Shown here: one piece after another, positions 23,812 to 37,260 of the stretch
How positions within the stretch are numbered: position 1 is the stretch's first letter
Layout of the letters: every line of letters starts with the position of its first letter
Assembly (NCBI GenBank): GCA_009602725.1
Contig: WELB01000002.1
Coordinates: 1,598,237 to 1,658,317, forward strand
Origin: Spirogloea muscicola
Lineage: Eukaryota
Direction of reading: 5' to 3'
Length of the DNA: 60,081 nucleotides
The notes under the pieces: model-generated
Seen by the model: only the letters and a program-made list of their open reading frames with translations
Told to the model about the DNA's origin: nothing
Database searches by the model: none
Position numbers and translations under genes: made by a program

Positions 23812-26800
23812 ATTGTGCATTTGAAACGAACGAAGGCCAAATGGCTAAGTACAAAGGCAAGCACATCTGAAGACCTACATAATGACAGCAGATTGACCCG
23901 CTCAGTAAGCACGGGTCAAAACATAAAGGTCGCTAATCGATGCCTGAATACTAGATGGCAGATTCGAAGCCCTTCTGCCACCAACTAGAGCTCGCCCTGC
24001 TTTCTGGTGCAAAGCATTAGCCTGAGCACGCTGCAAACAGGCCGAAGCTCGTCGTCGCAAGAACGACAGATATGCAGCTGCAAGCCCATCTCAGCCGGGA
24101 ACAAATCTGCATGTCGTGTGTAGCCTAGATTGGCAATATTTTGAAAAAGAGTGTGGAAACGAGGACCTAAGCAGCCAAAAATGTCGACTGCCGCTGGCAG
24201 GAGCTGATCGCAGTGGGGGTAATCGGAGTAGTGCTGCAGCTTTCTTTGTTTGGCACCACCCACTGCGTGGCCAGCGATGTCCGTCGATGCTGGACTTTTA
24301 TAGGCCTCTGTAACAACAACATCGACCAAGGCCCGTAGTCCTCCACCACGTTGCACGCCCACAATCTCAAGTGTGCGGCAATTATGACGTCCTTGGGCAT
24401 CCGTGGTGATAGGCATGATGTTGTTCACTTCCACGACCGCACGGTACCCGGTCGCGCATCAAACCCGCCAGGGCATCGCGAAGGAGGTTGTGGATGCCCA
24501 CCACTTCTGGTCCAGTGGGGCATCGCAGCATGTGAGTGGCGAGCTCAGCGCCCTCTGCACGGAAGCCGCACTCACACTGGCGCACCCCAATCAGGCAGTG
24601 GAAGAATTCTTCCTCGGTAGGCCGAGGAAGAATTGAAGCGATGTCCGAAAGGCCTCGGAGCTGAAGCTGAGTGCGTTGGCGACGGCGTGAGAGGTGATCC
24701 AGTCTGTGGCACCCGGTGTGGCGAGAGAAGTCTTGCCAGGCTCCTCGGATTGTTCTGAATCTTTGGCAGCCTCCTCAACCTTCTGCGGCGCTCATCTTCC
24801 ACTGCCGTAAGCAGTCTGGATTGTGCCCCTCTATCAGAAGCTTGGGCGAGGTCTGAGAATGGCGTGAGTAGGGATTGTATAGAGGGAAAAAGGTCGACTG
24901 CTGAGTCGCGGATGCTCCTCAGATCCGCTTGGAAAGGGAAGGAGCCTTCCTCCACATTGCGGACAGGGTCGTGGAGGCAAGGGAAGCACATGGGAAGCAG
25001 AGAGGCGATCTGGTGCCAGCAGCCCAGGAAGGCTGCTTTCGCCGTCTGCTCCAACGACCGGCAGCCAAGGCCGCCCATGCGAGTGGGGAGGGAGGCCTGG
25101 AGGGAAGCTGAAGCTGAGGGGAAAGATGAAGAATGTAGTATGGATGCCAAGGACTGCAGAAGGGAGTTATCATATTCCTTGTAGAGCTCCACCACCATGC
25201 CCATTGTTTCGATTGTCCGTTGCAGATAGCAAGCCCGTTGGCCGATGCAGCGAGTGAGAATGGCCAACTCAAGCTATGTGTCGCCAAGGAGGGAAAGGGA
25301 AGGGAGGGGGCGAGGTGTTTTTGAAGCCTTTCCCGCAAGTCCACCGCCACGTGAGCTGGTGTACTGAAGGGGACCTTGAGGATGGCCAGCCCATTGGCAG
25401 GGGTCTGACAGCCGAAAGGGAGCTGAAGGTTGGCGGGGAGACCGCGTGGGGACTATGCCACGCTCTTGGACGGGCAAATCCGCAGGCCCATCAGGTCCAA
25501 TTTGCGAACGAGCAAGGGGTAAGCCGCCATGACCTCCCGCGGGAGGTCTAATGATGTAGTGTGTCATCCTCGTAGGAGGGAAAGAGGAGGTCTGGGTGTT
25601 GGCTCTGGGTGCGCCGAATAGTCCGGCAATGTGCCAAGGCAAACAGGATTGGGCTAAGGGGATACCCCTGGTGTGTGCCAGAAGATGACCACAGCGTCTT
25701 CCACGACTCTCCGGCTTGCCACAGCAGCCGCCCTGGAAGGCCAAAGGCCATGGGGAAAAAGGGTACAAGGGAAGGGAAGTGGTTGCGCAGCTCCTCCATG
25801 ATGACGCTGCACTCCACGGTGTTGAAAACATTACTGATATCCAGCCCAAAGACCATCAATGAAGGGTCCACGTCGAGAGCAGCGCGGATGCCATGGATGA
25901 GGGCCTCCGCCCCGCAGGACATGCCAGCACCAAATTGGTGGGGTGATAGGTGGCTGGTCAGCTGGGGTTTCAGCTCGCTGCACACGGCCTTGATACTAGC
26001 CTCATGATAACCTCTGTCATCACAATGGGTCTCACACCGCCTGTCGGCTTCGCAAGGGCTAGCAGGTGGCTGGAGTTTAAGGCATCGGCAATGTGTGGCG
26101 GAATGGCAGCTCTGGCAATGTGCCGGCAGGTGGACAGGAACAGGGAGAAGCTCCTCTCATCCCCATCAAGGAAAAGGTCCTGTAGGTGCTCAAAGAGCCA
26201 TCCAGAAGGGCCTCCAGACACCCTTGGGTGGGCTTTGGTCAGGGCCACACGGAGCGCCTCTGCCGATAGGTCAAGAGGACTGGGGAGCTCGCCAGCCCAG
26301 GGCTCGAGGGGGTGTTGGGGGGTGGAGCTGTCGCAAGATAGCCTCCGTGGCGTCGTTGGCAGTAGCCAGGGGGTCAGGGCAAAGGGCCTGAGAGGCCCGA
26401 GAAAGTTCTCCTTCCTAGGTTTCGAAGGCCGTCAGGGATGAGAAGGGGGGTGAGGTCCACTGTGGCAGCCCAATGCCAGCTCTCTGGAGAAGGGGGTGGT
26501 GGAGGCCGAACGGTGCCCGGCACATGTGAACTCGCTGCCTGCTCCTGCCGATTCTGGCTATTTGCGGCAGTGATAGGCATGGACTGGCAGCCCTTTCGGG
26601 CTGAAACGTTGCTGGCATACTGGGCAGGGGACTCTCTGGTCTGGTGCATTTGGGAGGCCCGTGTGGACTGGGCTCGGGTCGTGAGACCGACCCTGGCGAG
26701 GTCGTCGTTGATGGTCACCAGCTGGATGGTCTTTCACAACAACAGGTCGAGGCAGCAAGGGAGGTAGAGGTACGGGTAGAGGCAACAGAGGAGGTAGAGG

Positions 26801-27300
26801 AGGGGCAATGGTGGCGGCGGCAATGGTGGCGGCGGCAATGGAGGTGGTGGTGGTGGTGGTGGCGGCTCCGGGGCGGGGACTGGTGCAGGCACTGGAGAAT
26901 GCACAGCTGGAGCTTGAGGAAGAGATGGGCGTTGCCTTCGAGTCGAGAGTAGATGCAGCAGACTTCGCGGCCGGCAGGAAAGAAAGGGCCCGTCCGCAGT
27001 AGAGGAGTCGCTTGACTGTGCCGGGCTGATGATAATTCCGACTCGGGGGTCCATGTTGGGGGCCTCGGACTCTGCATCCAAGGAGGCCGAGCCGGGGTCC
27101 GCAAGCCGAGCTATCTCATCAGGAGCAGGGACTGCAAGGAGGGGCTCGAGCTCCACAGCCGTCGTCGGGGAGGAGCGTGAAGAAGCTGAAGGGGCCGGTG
27201 AAGGACTGGGAAGGTCGGCCACTGAGGCAATGGCAGCCCTCGTTTGCAGCAGTCGAGCTGCGGGTGCCGTAAGGGCAGGGGCGCGCCGCGACGGGTTGCG
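23812..27300 (-). mobile_element. Near full-length CRE family F element with multiple frameshifts
   Basis: Pro-rich N-terminus, CPVCQQRFSPKGLPVHAYHC, GGPSGWLFEHL, LALAKPTGGVRPI, LDISNVFN, QGYPLSP, YEDD at 25574-25563, QASLPTRMGGLG, CECG/HMLRC, RLE, 3'UTR. Confidence 0.9.
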
Positions 27301-27389
27301 CGCCGCGCCTCGACCTTTGGCAGCCGCTGCTATGGCGGTGGGGTCGGTCCAGCGGGCGGTGGGCGATGGGGGCCGGCGGGGGGATTAAN

Positions 27390-29529
27390 CGGTGGTGCTG
27401 GCGGCGGGGCTCGGCGCGGCGGCGGGCGGGTTCTCCGACATCCGCCCCGCCGGTGAGGGCGGGGCCGGCCTGGACGAGGCATCAAGAGGCGGCGGCGGCG
27501 GCGCCGGCGCTGTGACGAGCAATGGCCGTGTCCTGCGGGAGCGGCGGGGCCGGCCCCGAGATGGCGGCGGCGGAGGGCTCGACGGCGGGGATGACGCCGG
27601 CGCTGTCGCGGCCAAGGCGGTGCGGCTGCCGTGCGGTGACGACCCACCGACGCAGCGGCTGGCTCCCGACGAGCAGCTCTCGTGGCAGCCTCAGGTGACT
27701 GGCCGCCGCCGCCGATCGGTGCCGATCCATTCGGCGCTACAGTGGCCAGCCCCAAACCCTAACCCTAAAGCTAAGCCCAATGAGAGCTGGATCTCTCAGC
27801 AGGCTGTGGAGTGCTGCTCTGCCGCGCTTGATGCTGGCTGACACCAATCTAGGCCACCCCGCGTGTTGTTAACACGCCGCCGTCGCCACCGTCTTGCCCA
27901 ACAGTCAAAGTATAACTTGATCTGTCTTGTCTTCGCCATTGTGTAAGAAATTTGCAAAGCCTACGACAGGACTTGAACCAGAGACCTTTTACTTACCAAA
28001 TTCTCTGCCAACTGGGCCTTCCTTTCGCAGGCTGGTCGCTACCTGCTGGCCTTCTGCGGCTCGCCGGACGTGGGCAGCAGCCTGGCGTGCATCGAGGCGC
28101 ACCTCCTGCTCGCCGGCCTCCTGCAGCGCACACTCGTGGTGCCGCAGCGGCCCTGGGCCGGCTCCTCCGCGCGGCCCTCCGCCGCCTGGGACTGGAGCCT
28201 GGCCCTGGACGTCGCCGCGGCCGGCCGCTGCTATGGCGACAACACCATCTTGTCCCTCCGGGACTACAAGGTGGGTCCTTCCCGTGGCTCAGTGCTGCCA
28301 GAAATGGTGTAGAGTTGTCGCAGTGGCTGACAATGACCGCGCGCTTCACGAGGCAACTCGCACACTGTATGACGGCCTTCGTTTTCACGAGTACAGGAGC
28401 AGGAGGGCGGCCAGGACGACACGATCGTGGTGGACGAGTTGCGGTGCTGGAAGGCTGGCTGCCGGGAGCTGGTGCAGGACTCGGAGCGCTCTGATGTAGT
28501 TTGGCCCAACGAGGAGGCCTTCGCAGGGCTGCCGCCAGGCGGCGAGACGCTGGCGAGTGTGCAGGAGGGCTTCAGCTCAAGCGCGAAGATGCTGTGCCTC
28601 GGCGACCTCCTGGGCACGCACATAATCGACCAGCCGAGCTTCTATCTACAGCCATACAGCCCCTTCAAGCGGCGCTGCAAGCTACCGCTGCGGCCGCACA
28701 GAGCCATTGGGCGCACTGGCGAGGCTTTCATACACACGCTCCTTGGCCAGAATTACCTCGCGCTGCATCTGGAGCGTGGCGAGGCCTGGGACAGCTGGCG
28801 GACCTGCGCCAACGACAATGAGTGCTTCTGGCCGCTGCCCGACGTCGCTGACTGCCTGCTGGCAAAGGTGGAGGGCACGGCCATCCGCATGGTGTTCTTG
28901 GCCACAAATGCGCACCCGCTCGAGATTACAGTGCTCGAAGACCTGCTGAAGGCTGGAAATGGTCATACGGGCCCTGTGCAGCTCGTGCAAGTGAGTAACC
29001 TGCCATCAATTGGCAGACTAGGTCCTGATTCCCCTCCCAACTTATAATTATCCCTTTAACAGAGAAGAAATTTTGGTCTCTAAACTCCAGTCTAATATTC
29101 ACTTGGCCCTTGTCTTCACCAGGCTGTGCAGCAACTTTCCTCTCAAGTTTGATCAATCTGCACACGAATCTGGTCAGGTCGACTGAGAACTGCTCTATAC
29201 ATTCACTGATGTGACAACCCTGGTGGTTCTGTTGACAGTTACCGAGGAGTTGGAGAGACGAAAAAGGCCAGGTGCCAGCCTGGGTGGATGAGAAGTTCGA
29301 CCACCTTGGCATGGACAGCAGCTCGTTTGCGCTGTCATCTCTAGAGGTCGTGATATGTGCAGAAGCCAGGGTGTTCCTGGCTAGTGGCAAATCGCCCACA
29401 AGCACTCGCATCTTTGAGATGAGGACAGCGCTTGAGAAGGTTTCGTGCCTTGACAGCACAATTTGCGCTGGTCACAAGCTGCGAAAGCTACCGTCACTAT
29501 CAAGCTTTGATATTAGCAATAAGAGATGA
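27390..29529 (+). CDS. O-fucosyltransferase-family protein (plant OFUT36-like); start lost near the N gap at 27389
   Basis: In-frame GT-AG exons ~27390-27694, 28031-28270, 28397-28990, 29239-29529; WQPQAGRYLLAFC..LACIEAHLLLAGLLQRTLVVP, YLALHLERG, VFLATNA, ICAEARVFL. Confidence 0.8.
27958..28017 (-). pseudogene. Degenerate tRNA-Thr(GGT)-like fragment inside an intron
   Basis: Minus strand gcccagttggcagag (D-arm-like), ttGGTaa, aggtc tctgg TTCAAGT cc, cgtaggct; 5' acceptor strand and 5' anticodon stem are missing. Confidence 0.5.
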
Positions 29530-29883
29530 ATTGTTACAACTATCTGATCCACTAAAATTTGATGTCCCAATCTATACATGTTGCAATTGGTGTCTAGTTC
29601 CTCAGCAGTATGATGTCTTCTGCATGTTTCACTTGACTTCAGCAAGTTATCACCCACGACTAGCTGGCGATAGTAGCATGTGACTTGCTGGCCTGACCAG
29701 GCCATCACTCAGACAAGTGGGCAATTGCATGTATCTGTGATATTGGCCACGTGGTATTCGAAACTTTTGTCGCGTGGTTCCCTGTAATTTTCCGTCGATG
29801 CTTCATCTCCATAATAATGGGCTTCATTGTCGTAGCTCTCACATCAAGCCCTCCATGGTACACCCGACAGCTGTGTGTGAAGG

Positions 29884-31460
29884 CTAAACAGCTGAGACTA
29901 GCCAACCAGAAGCTGGTTGGCTCGAAGCTGCAGGTGCACCTGAATATAACCGCCGTTGCCTAGTGCTGTATCCAGCGTGCGGCTGGAGAGCTGGGTGCTG
30001 CTTCTCATAAAGGTGCTCAATGGAATTTGCATAGTAGCCAGGCCGCTGAGTGTGAGTAGCCCAGTGTGGTTGCGTCTTGACCCAGACCCCATTGAAAGGT
30101 GCCAGGCACTGTTGACAGCGCTTGCAAGGTCTTGCCTGCTCAAGCGTGTCGTCAGGGAGGTCTGGCTGCACATGTGAATAGTAGCAAATAGAGACACGAC
30201 ATTGTCATCACAGCCAGCTTAAAGGGCAACGACTGAGATGCAGATCGAGAATCTTGTGCAAGTACAGCATTGTGTAAGCCAGACAACCAATGAAGAAGAA
30301 GCACTAGCAGAAACTCTGCAAGGGTGGGAACGACTCCGATTTGGATTCGTCACTTAGACCAGCGCAAGAGACAAGCCAGATGTTTGTCATGTCTCACCTG
30401 TATGGGCTACCGGCAATGGTGCCTGTGAGATTGTGGAGAGTAATAGCAGCAGATGTAAGTATTGGCTGGAAGGTGCCCCTTGTGCTGACCCGAGCGGTCT
30501 GACTTTGCATGTCTAGTGTGGCACTGCTCGTGCGGATCCTTGCAAGTGATGCTGAACCGAGGGCCACGGTTGCTCCCATGTGCCTTGGATCTGCGGGCAA
30601 TTTTGCTCAGTCAACCAGTTGGGTTGGACAATAATGCGCACTTGCATTTTTCGAATCTGTAGCTTGCTCATTTTTATGCTCAATTTATAGCTTGCTCAAT
30701 AGCTTGCTCTATTTACCAAATTACTCTTGATTGAGGCCTGTCAATCTCCTTACGTGGCACTATGTCTTCTATAGCATCAAGGAACGTGCCCTTCTTGACT
30801 GTCAGAGTCCGTTGTTGCAACTGGCTTGGGTTGGTTGCAGGCTTTGACCTGTTGAGATAAGGGAGCTGACTATTGTAAAGCTGGATGGCAAGCTGCCGCT
30901 TGAGGCCACGTTGCCCAGCTGAGCTTGCAGAGATCCCCTTAGCTTAAAATTTTGAGGCTCCAGGGAGATCGTTGCAGTGCCATTGCTGGACGAAAGCCAG
31001 GAGGACTGCGACCTTGACGGATCAATTGACAGGGTCGTCTGGCCTGCATGCTTGCTCACGCACCAAGTAAGAGATCTCACGCTGCCGGCATGCGAGGACT
31101 GCGTGTGACATACACACCAACCACACCAGTGCAATCATCTACATCACAAGAGCGCACGCCAGCCAAGTGCATCAAGAGCTCCTGCTAACATTGTAATGTT
31201 GTTTCAACTGTTATATCTATACTGGATTCATCGTCAAGCTGCAGGGAGAGTTGACCTGCAGTGAGGACAGGTGCAAAGGTGCAGGCCAAGATGACAAACA
31301 AGCGGCTCAGCAGAAACACATGTCTGGTATAGATCACAATATGAGCCCTGCCCTGAGTGCGACACTGCCAGTCGCTGCCGCACATGCTCAACGCCATGCC
31401 TGCAGAGAGGGCAGTCGCAAAGTGTAAACGCCACTGGCGCCAACGGCAAGAGCTCGTCAG
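29884..31460 (-). CDS. Putative multi-exon gene of unknown function
   Basis: Several same-strand Ser/Thr/Leu-rich open segments (~29900-30165, 30400-30590, 30810-31045, 31190-31260); no family recognised. Confidence 0.3.
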
Positions 31461-31859
31461 CAGATTGTGTGTCCGGCAGTCGCAGGCAACTGGCTGCAGC
31501 GACTGCTTGCTGGGGAGTGCGCTCAAGCCCGGGCCAGAAGGCCTCATACGTCGGCTGCAGTACTGGCAGTGACCCAACGCTAGCCTTTCACAGCAGGCGC
31601 TGCCTCATGGGCTGCAGGCCCGGGCACGAGCTAGGCGAGCTGCAGGGATGCCTCGGCGGCTGCTCCTGGCTGGCGCCTCGGCAGGCGCGTGCCTTTCCAA
31701 GCTGCTTCCTCGGGCGTGCCCCGGCAGGCCAATGGACCAACCAGAGCGCATTCACCCGGCGAAAAGGCGTTGAAAGGCTGCAGGCGGCCGGCTGTCACCC
31801 CGAAGGTGAGGTAGGGCCAGCCTTCCCGAGCCATTTAGAACCTGTTCAATTTCTTACCA

Positions 31860-33350
31860 CTGGGCTGGCCTTATCACTGCTGCTGCTGGGTCCCATCGGG
31901 TGACTCATTTCCAGCTGCAAATCACTCCAATTTGCCGCTGCTGACTCGGTATTAGTAAGCTCCCATTCGCTGTAGCCACTAGCATAGCTGTGTGAATTTA
32001 GCGCTTTTCGGCCCTTTGGACCTTGTCTGTATGTTCTGGGCTGGCTTCTTCTCAGCCCCCTTTGAAAGAGCCCCTACCTTTCTGGGAAGAACTTCCTCTC
32101 TTTTGGGCTGCCCTTGCACAGCCATCGACGATCGAGCTACTTCACTCCCGGCCGTTCCGGGAAAAGGCTCCCTGGGCAGTGCTCTAAGTAGACGCCAAAA
32201 GGGAAGGCGCGCGGTGCGCAAAAGGAAGTACCAATTCAGAAGAGGTTTTCCAAAAGGGGGGACGACTGTCAATTCAAAGCCTGATGGCGCGATGGCGCGA
32301 TGGCGTGATGAGGCCGTAAACTGTCAGTTCAAAGTGGGCAAGCCTTTCCAAGCCGTTGGAAGAAGTGGCTCTCCCAATGGGGGCAAGGACTGTGAGAAGC
32401 CAACCGAAAAAGAATTGACAAGGTTTGAAGGGGCCAAATTACGAGCTAAGCAGCGACTGCGGGGCCTGAAGAGGCTATGGCAGAACGGGGGAGGATGGAC
32501 CACTCAGTAGTTACGAGTAAGAAGCCTCACATCCGACAGACTAGCTGCCGGAAAACTATCCCCCTGACGAAAGCCGGAGGCCGCAGCGAGAGCACGGCCA
32601 GCACGCAGATACAAGGCGTGGGCCATGGACCGCTGGAGGGAGACGGACAAGCGCATACGATACACCTGAGCCCACGAGCCAGCGGCGTTGAAGCCTTTCT
32701 TAAGAAGGTGATTCTAGTTTCTGGGCTGGCCTCTCCTCTCTTCTTGGCTCACGCAGTCCACACGCGCGCCGGCAGCGCTATAGCTGCTGCCTCTGGGTCT
32801 CGGCGGAGTGCCTCTTACCCCAGCTTCGAGTTATTCTGACTTGCTGTTGCTCACTCGTGGGTACTGAGCTTCCATCTGCATCATTTCGTGTGTTTGGAAA
32901 GGCTTGCCCTGTGTAGAAATTTCTTATTGGCACCTTTCTGCGGCCTTCGGATATTGTCCACTCTGTTTTGGGCTGGCTTTGCTAGCCCCTCTTTTCCTAT
33001 ACACGACATTCTCTTTTCCTATAGGCGAGCAGTTTTTTCTTTCAGCCACCGCCGTCTCCTGGAAGCGTCTTTCTTCGTCTTTCTTCTTCTAAGAAGAGCA
33101 AGCGCGGCCAGATTAACTGGTAGCTGGGAGAGGCCAGCCCAAAAGCTTCTAAGAAGGAATGACAAGCTGCTCTACAAAGGAGGCGAAGGTGGCAGCAGCC
33201 GCCAGGTGGGTATAAAACTTCGTCCTCTTTGTGGGCTGGCTTTTTTCCTCGCCCCCCGCGCTCGATGTAGCCTAGCGAAGGCACGGCCAGCCTTTCCAGG
33301 CCCCTTCTTGTACTTCGTTCTTTTTTGGGCTGGCTTTTCCCCAGAGCCCT
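31860..33350. mobile_element. Nest of CRE 3' fragments (E +, B -, A +, C module)
   Basis: B 3' end ~32360-32690 (-); A 3' end ~32745-33030 (+); modules at ~31862, 32038, 32105, 32398, 32723, 32969, 33133, 33233, 33327. Confidence 0.8.
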
Positions 33351-33520
33351 TCTCTCTCTTTCCATGCCGTTCCGACCCCGGCGGCAGCTCCGGCCGATCG
33401 GCTCCACCTCGGGCCGGCCGGCCGCCGCCGACGGGCACCGGCCGGCCCACCTCGGGCCCGCCGCGTCCGCCCCCTCCCCCTCCACCTGTCCACTCCCAGC
33501 TTCAGTTTCTCCGCCCCCAN

Positions 33521-33544
33521 TTCAGACGTGTGCTCTTCCGATCT
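33521..33544 (+). other. Illumina TruSeq adapter contamination
   Basis: TTCAGACGTGTGCTCTTCCGATCT immediately after the N at 33520. Confidence 0.97.
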
Positions 33545-34089
33545 CCAACCTCTCTCCCCATTTCCCTCTCCTCATCTCTCGCTCTTCCCCACTCCCTCTC
33601 TCCCCCTCGCCCTTGACCTCTCTCTCCCTCTTCTCCTCTCCCTCTCTATCTTTCCTTCCCTCCCCCTTCCTTTTCCGGCTCACCCGCCCGTCCGCACCTT
33701 CCTGCCCCCTCCCCAGATCCACCTGCCCCCAGCCTGCATCAGCTGCCTGCCCTCCCTCCCCTCTGGCTGACCCGTGCTGCAGTCCTCGGCCGCGGCGCGC
33801 CTGGCCGTCGGTCGGCGTTCGGGCCCAGCACTCCCAGCTACTCGGGGTCGATCAGAGAACCAGAGCTTGCCAGCCTTCGCTTCTGCCAGCCGCACCTGCC
33901 ACTCTGCTGCGTGGCCAAGCTCAAACATTCAGACCAGCTATAGCTGCAGCCAGCGGCAAGTGATCGTAACTTCCCAGCAAGCCCCAGCATTTGGAGTTGC
34001 GTGCTCTAGCTAGCTGGAGCACGCAAGGGCCTCCACCTGCTGCTGCTCTTGCCACCATAGCCCCGGCCGCCGCTGATGCACAGGAGCCA

Positions 34090-37000
34090 CTGGAGCGGCC
34101 ATTGGGCGTGTCGGAGGAGCTCTGGCATAGAGCATACGAACTGGGCACGGGCATCGTCCAGGTCGGCTTCGGGCTGGGCAGCATGCCAGATATTCGGCAG
34201 CTCCAGTCATCAGTAGACGCCCTGGTCAAGATGCATCCTTTTCTTGGTGAGCTGCTGGCATGCAGGAAGAGCACCAAGAAGCCAGCTGATCCAGAGCAAG
34301 CTTGCTTTGATCGTGTATGACTGGTTCACGTTGATCTGTAAGATCATCGCAGAAAGAGTCTCCAACTCTTGATTGAGACTAGGAGGACTAGAAAATGAAT
34401 TAGAAAGCTGAATCCGCCTGTGCATAGTGGCCAACATAGGCATGGCTCCTTGCTCGCTTCCTTAACTCCACATGGGAATCTCCAGCTGCACTAGCCGCCA
34501 TCTACAACTCGCGGCAGCCGTCGGCCACTTCTGGATGATCTCCCGCCAACTTGATTCCTCCTTACGAAACTTTCAGTCCATATGCAGGGGCACAAATTAT
34601 TAAAGATAGCAAGGGCAAACTCCGCTACAAGCTCAAGCCCGCTGGCCCAAGCGTCCTTGTTGACCCCAGCCTGCCATCATACACAGTAATATCAATGACT
34701 CCACAACCAGGACCTCATTCTCTGACCGTGTACATTGCATCTCGGATGTATGGCATGTGGTTGTTATCACACGAAACTCAGCTCATATGCCTCGCTAGCT
34801 ACCCTGGGCTTCATGGGCGTGCATGAAGTCGGTGGATGAAGAGCCAGAAGTGACGCCGCTGCAAAAGGTCATGGAGCTCGGCTTCGGCATTCCCCTAGGC
34901 ACAGATATCAAGGGGCCTGCTGATGTCTTCCAGGTATGCAGAAGAATGCAGATGGCTCTTAGTGCTTGATAAGCCTAGGATAACCAGAGTATGACTCTGA
35001 CTAGCCGGCTTGACCGTGGTATTTAGAACTATGCCTAGCAAGTTCGTTAAGTAGCGCACTGGGCATCTGAGAACCGTCTGTGAGCAATATGCAGTGAGCA
35101 ATATGCAGTGTTGCTGTGGTGACGTCTTGCAGGTGTGGTTCTTCCCAGCAAGCGCTGCTAGCTTTGGTGGCCACAAGGATTCATTGATATTGCTTCGCGT
35201 GCATGGCGGCAGCTTGGACCGGCAGAGCGTCATCACCATCTCGCAGTCCCTGCTGGAAGCTCTTAGCTGTGCTATGAACAAGGAGGCGAGTGCACTGCAT
35301 GACTGGCATGCCACGCATGATGCACTTGTCTTGGTTGTGCCTTCTCATCGACTTCTGTCTAGATTCTTGGGAAGAAGTATGGTGCAGCTCCACTGCAGCT
35401 CCACTTCTTCTGTTGTACAATTTCATACCATCCTGCTTCAGAGATGCATCCACTTATCTTGTCTGGTCAGGTGGGCGAGGAGCCACCTCTCGAGGCTCTT
35501 GTCAGCAATGTGAAGATGGATGACTGCAAAATTCCTCCAAGCTTGGAGGACCTCCTGCCTCTCAAACTCGACAAGGGCTTCTTTCAAAAAGGCATCGACA
35601 CAGTTGGTTACGCTGCAAATGCAAAGAAGGCTCTCCTGCCTTTCCAGCAGGGACTGAGCGACTACAGGACAAACAATTTCCATACACAGTTCATTAGCGA
35701 AGCTCTTGGAAAAGCAGGCGAGCCACACGATCAAAGCCATTAGCTGGAACACACACCCAATCCGTCTGTAGGGAGTACCACCTCGTTCTTACAAGTCGTA
35801 AATTACCAGAGCACTCCTTGCCTAGGATCGCGCACATGCCCAACAATAGCAAAATGAGAGTGATGGACTCACTTAGGAAGCTTCTACCCGTAGTGCTGCA
35901 GCAAGTGTGGCACTCCTCAGCGCCTGTGAGAAAGAAGGCACATCGGTTCATGGAGCAGAATGCGCTGCCTTGTTGAAAGCTGTGGCTGCAGTCAAGGGCC
36001 TCAAGGAGAACAAGATGGAAACGTACGGGATGACCAGGTATTGTCACTCGCTTCATTCCGGACGGCAGTGTCTGCACGTCAATTTTATCCAACCACTGTA
36101 CATATGCGTATCTCCCAAGCCTGCTCCAACTCCACGCACTGAAACCTTGTTGCAGTGTAATTGACGTCCGCAAATATCTGGAGCCACCTATGCCGCCCAA
36201 CTCTTTAGGCATGTTCTACTCAGCACTGCCAGCTGCAGAGAAAGTCGGAGAGTCCACAGATATCTGGGACCTGGCAAGACAGATATCGCAAACAGCTGCT
36301 GTCGCAGAGGCCAAAGGAAAGCACTTCACCGAGATGTCTGTCCTGAACATGCTCTTCTCTCAGGTGCAATGCAACACTTAGACTCGGCTCCCTTCTCTGG
36401 AACAGCTGATGGAACAGATGATGTACTTCACTTCATTGGCAGTGCTTGAATTCATTGGCATCACACTCTGCAAGTCATTGAACTTAATCAATCAACATCA
36501 CGTGCCTAGGCCTGCTCCTGACATCGTCTCATGTGCAGATTTACCTATGACGTTATCTATAGTGAAACGTCGACACAGTCGCATGCATGCAACCCCCAGT
36601 GAGCTAAATATCTGCTGAGAGAACAGGCAGACACTCTGGCAAGGCTATTCCTTTACTACTTTGCTCGTGCTCACACCATGTCAACAGGCTTTGAAGCACC
36701 CCGCTCTCACACCAGACCATTCCTTGCGCACATCGCTGGTGGCCGCCTTCACTAATGCACCCCACCAAGCAACCTGGAGAAATATTGACCACATTTGCCT
36801 AAACGAAAGTTTGGGTCCGTTTGCCTCCGTTCATGGAGTAGGCCCTTGCATCACCCTTGGAGATACACTTCAGGTACTGCTGGAAAACCGCCCCCCTTGC
36901 TTCACATATTTGCAATGCCTTCGGCCACTTTAGCACCTCAAATGCTGAACCTATACTTTCGCTCGTCCTGCTGCAATTGCCTCCATGCTCAAGCATACAG

Positions 37001-37260
37001 AGTTTTGGTCAGAAGGGCTTGTGTACTTCCAAATTACTCAGTGGTGGCGTCAAATGTGCCAGCGACCTGGCGCTTTAGTGGTTGTTGTGGCTGCTGAGTA
37101 GCCATTGCATAACTTGCTTGTACATGTACAGGCGGGGCCCGATCTTCACCTCGGCCTTGTGTATGCTGCACCACTCTACTCGCGGAAGCAAGTCCAGGAG
37201 GTTGCCTCACTCATGCGTCGTCAATTGATGGACTGCCTCGGCTTCCCATGCGAAGCATAG
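34090..37260 (+). CDS. Condensation-domain / CoA-dependent acyltransferase-fold protein (At3g52610-like); start codon not located
   Basis: ERPLGVSEELWHRA..GTGI, HPFL, LLRVHGGSLDR, LSACEKEGTS, IDVRKYLEP, KHFTEMSVLN, SVHGVGPCI, LVYAAPLYSRKQV; last exon 37132-37260 in frame to TAG. Confidence 0.75.

Noticed and set aside
27751..27770. AAACCCTAACCCTAAA as telomere remnant or telo-box
   Set aside because: Only about 2 units inside an intron; a telo-box is possible but not supportable
33545..33720. CT-rich tract as a functional triplex/G4 element
   Set aside because: Adjacent to adapter and gap; local assembly not trustworthy
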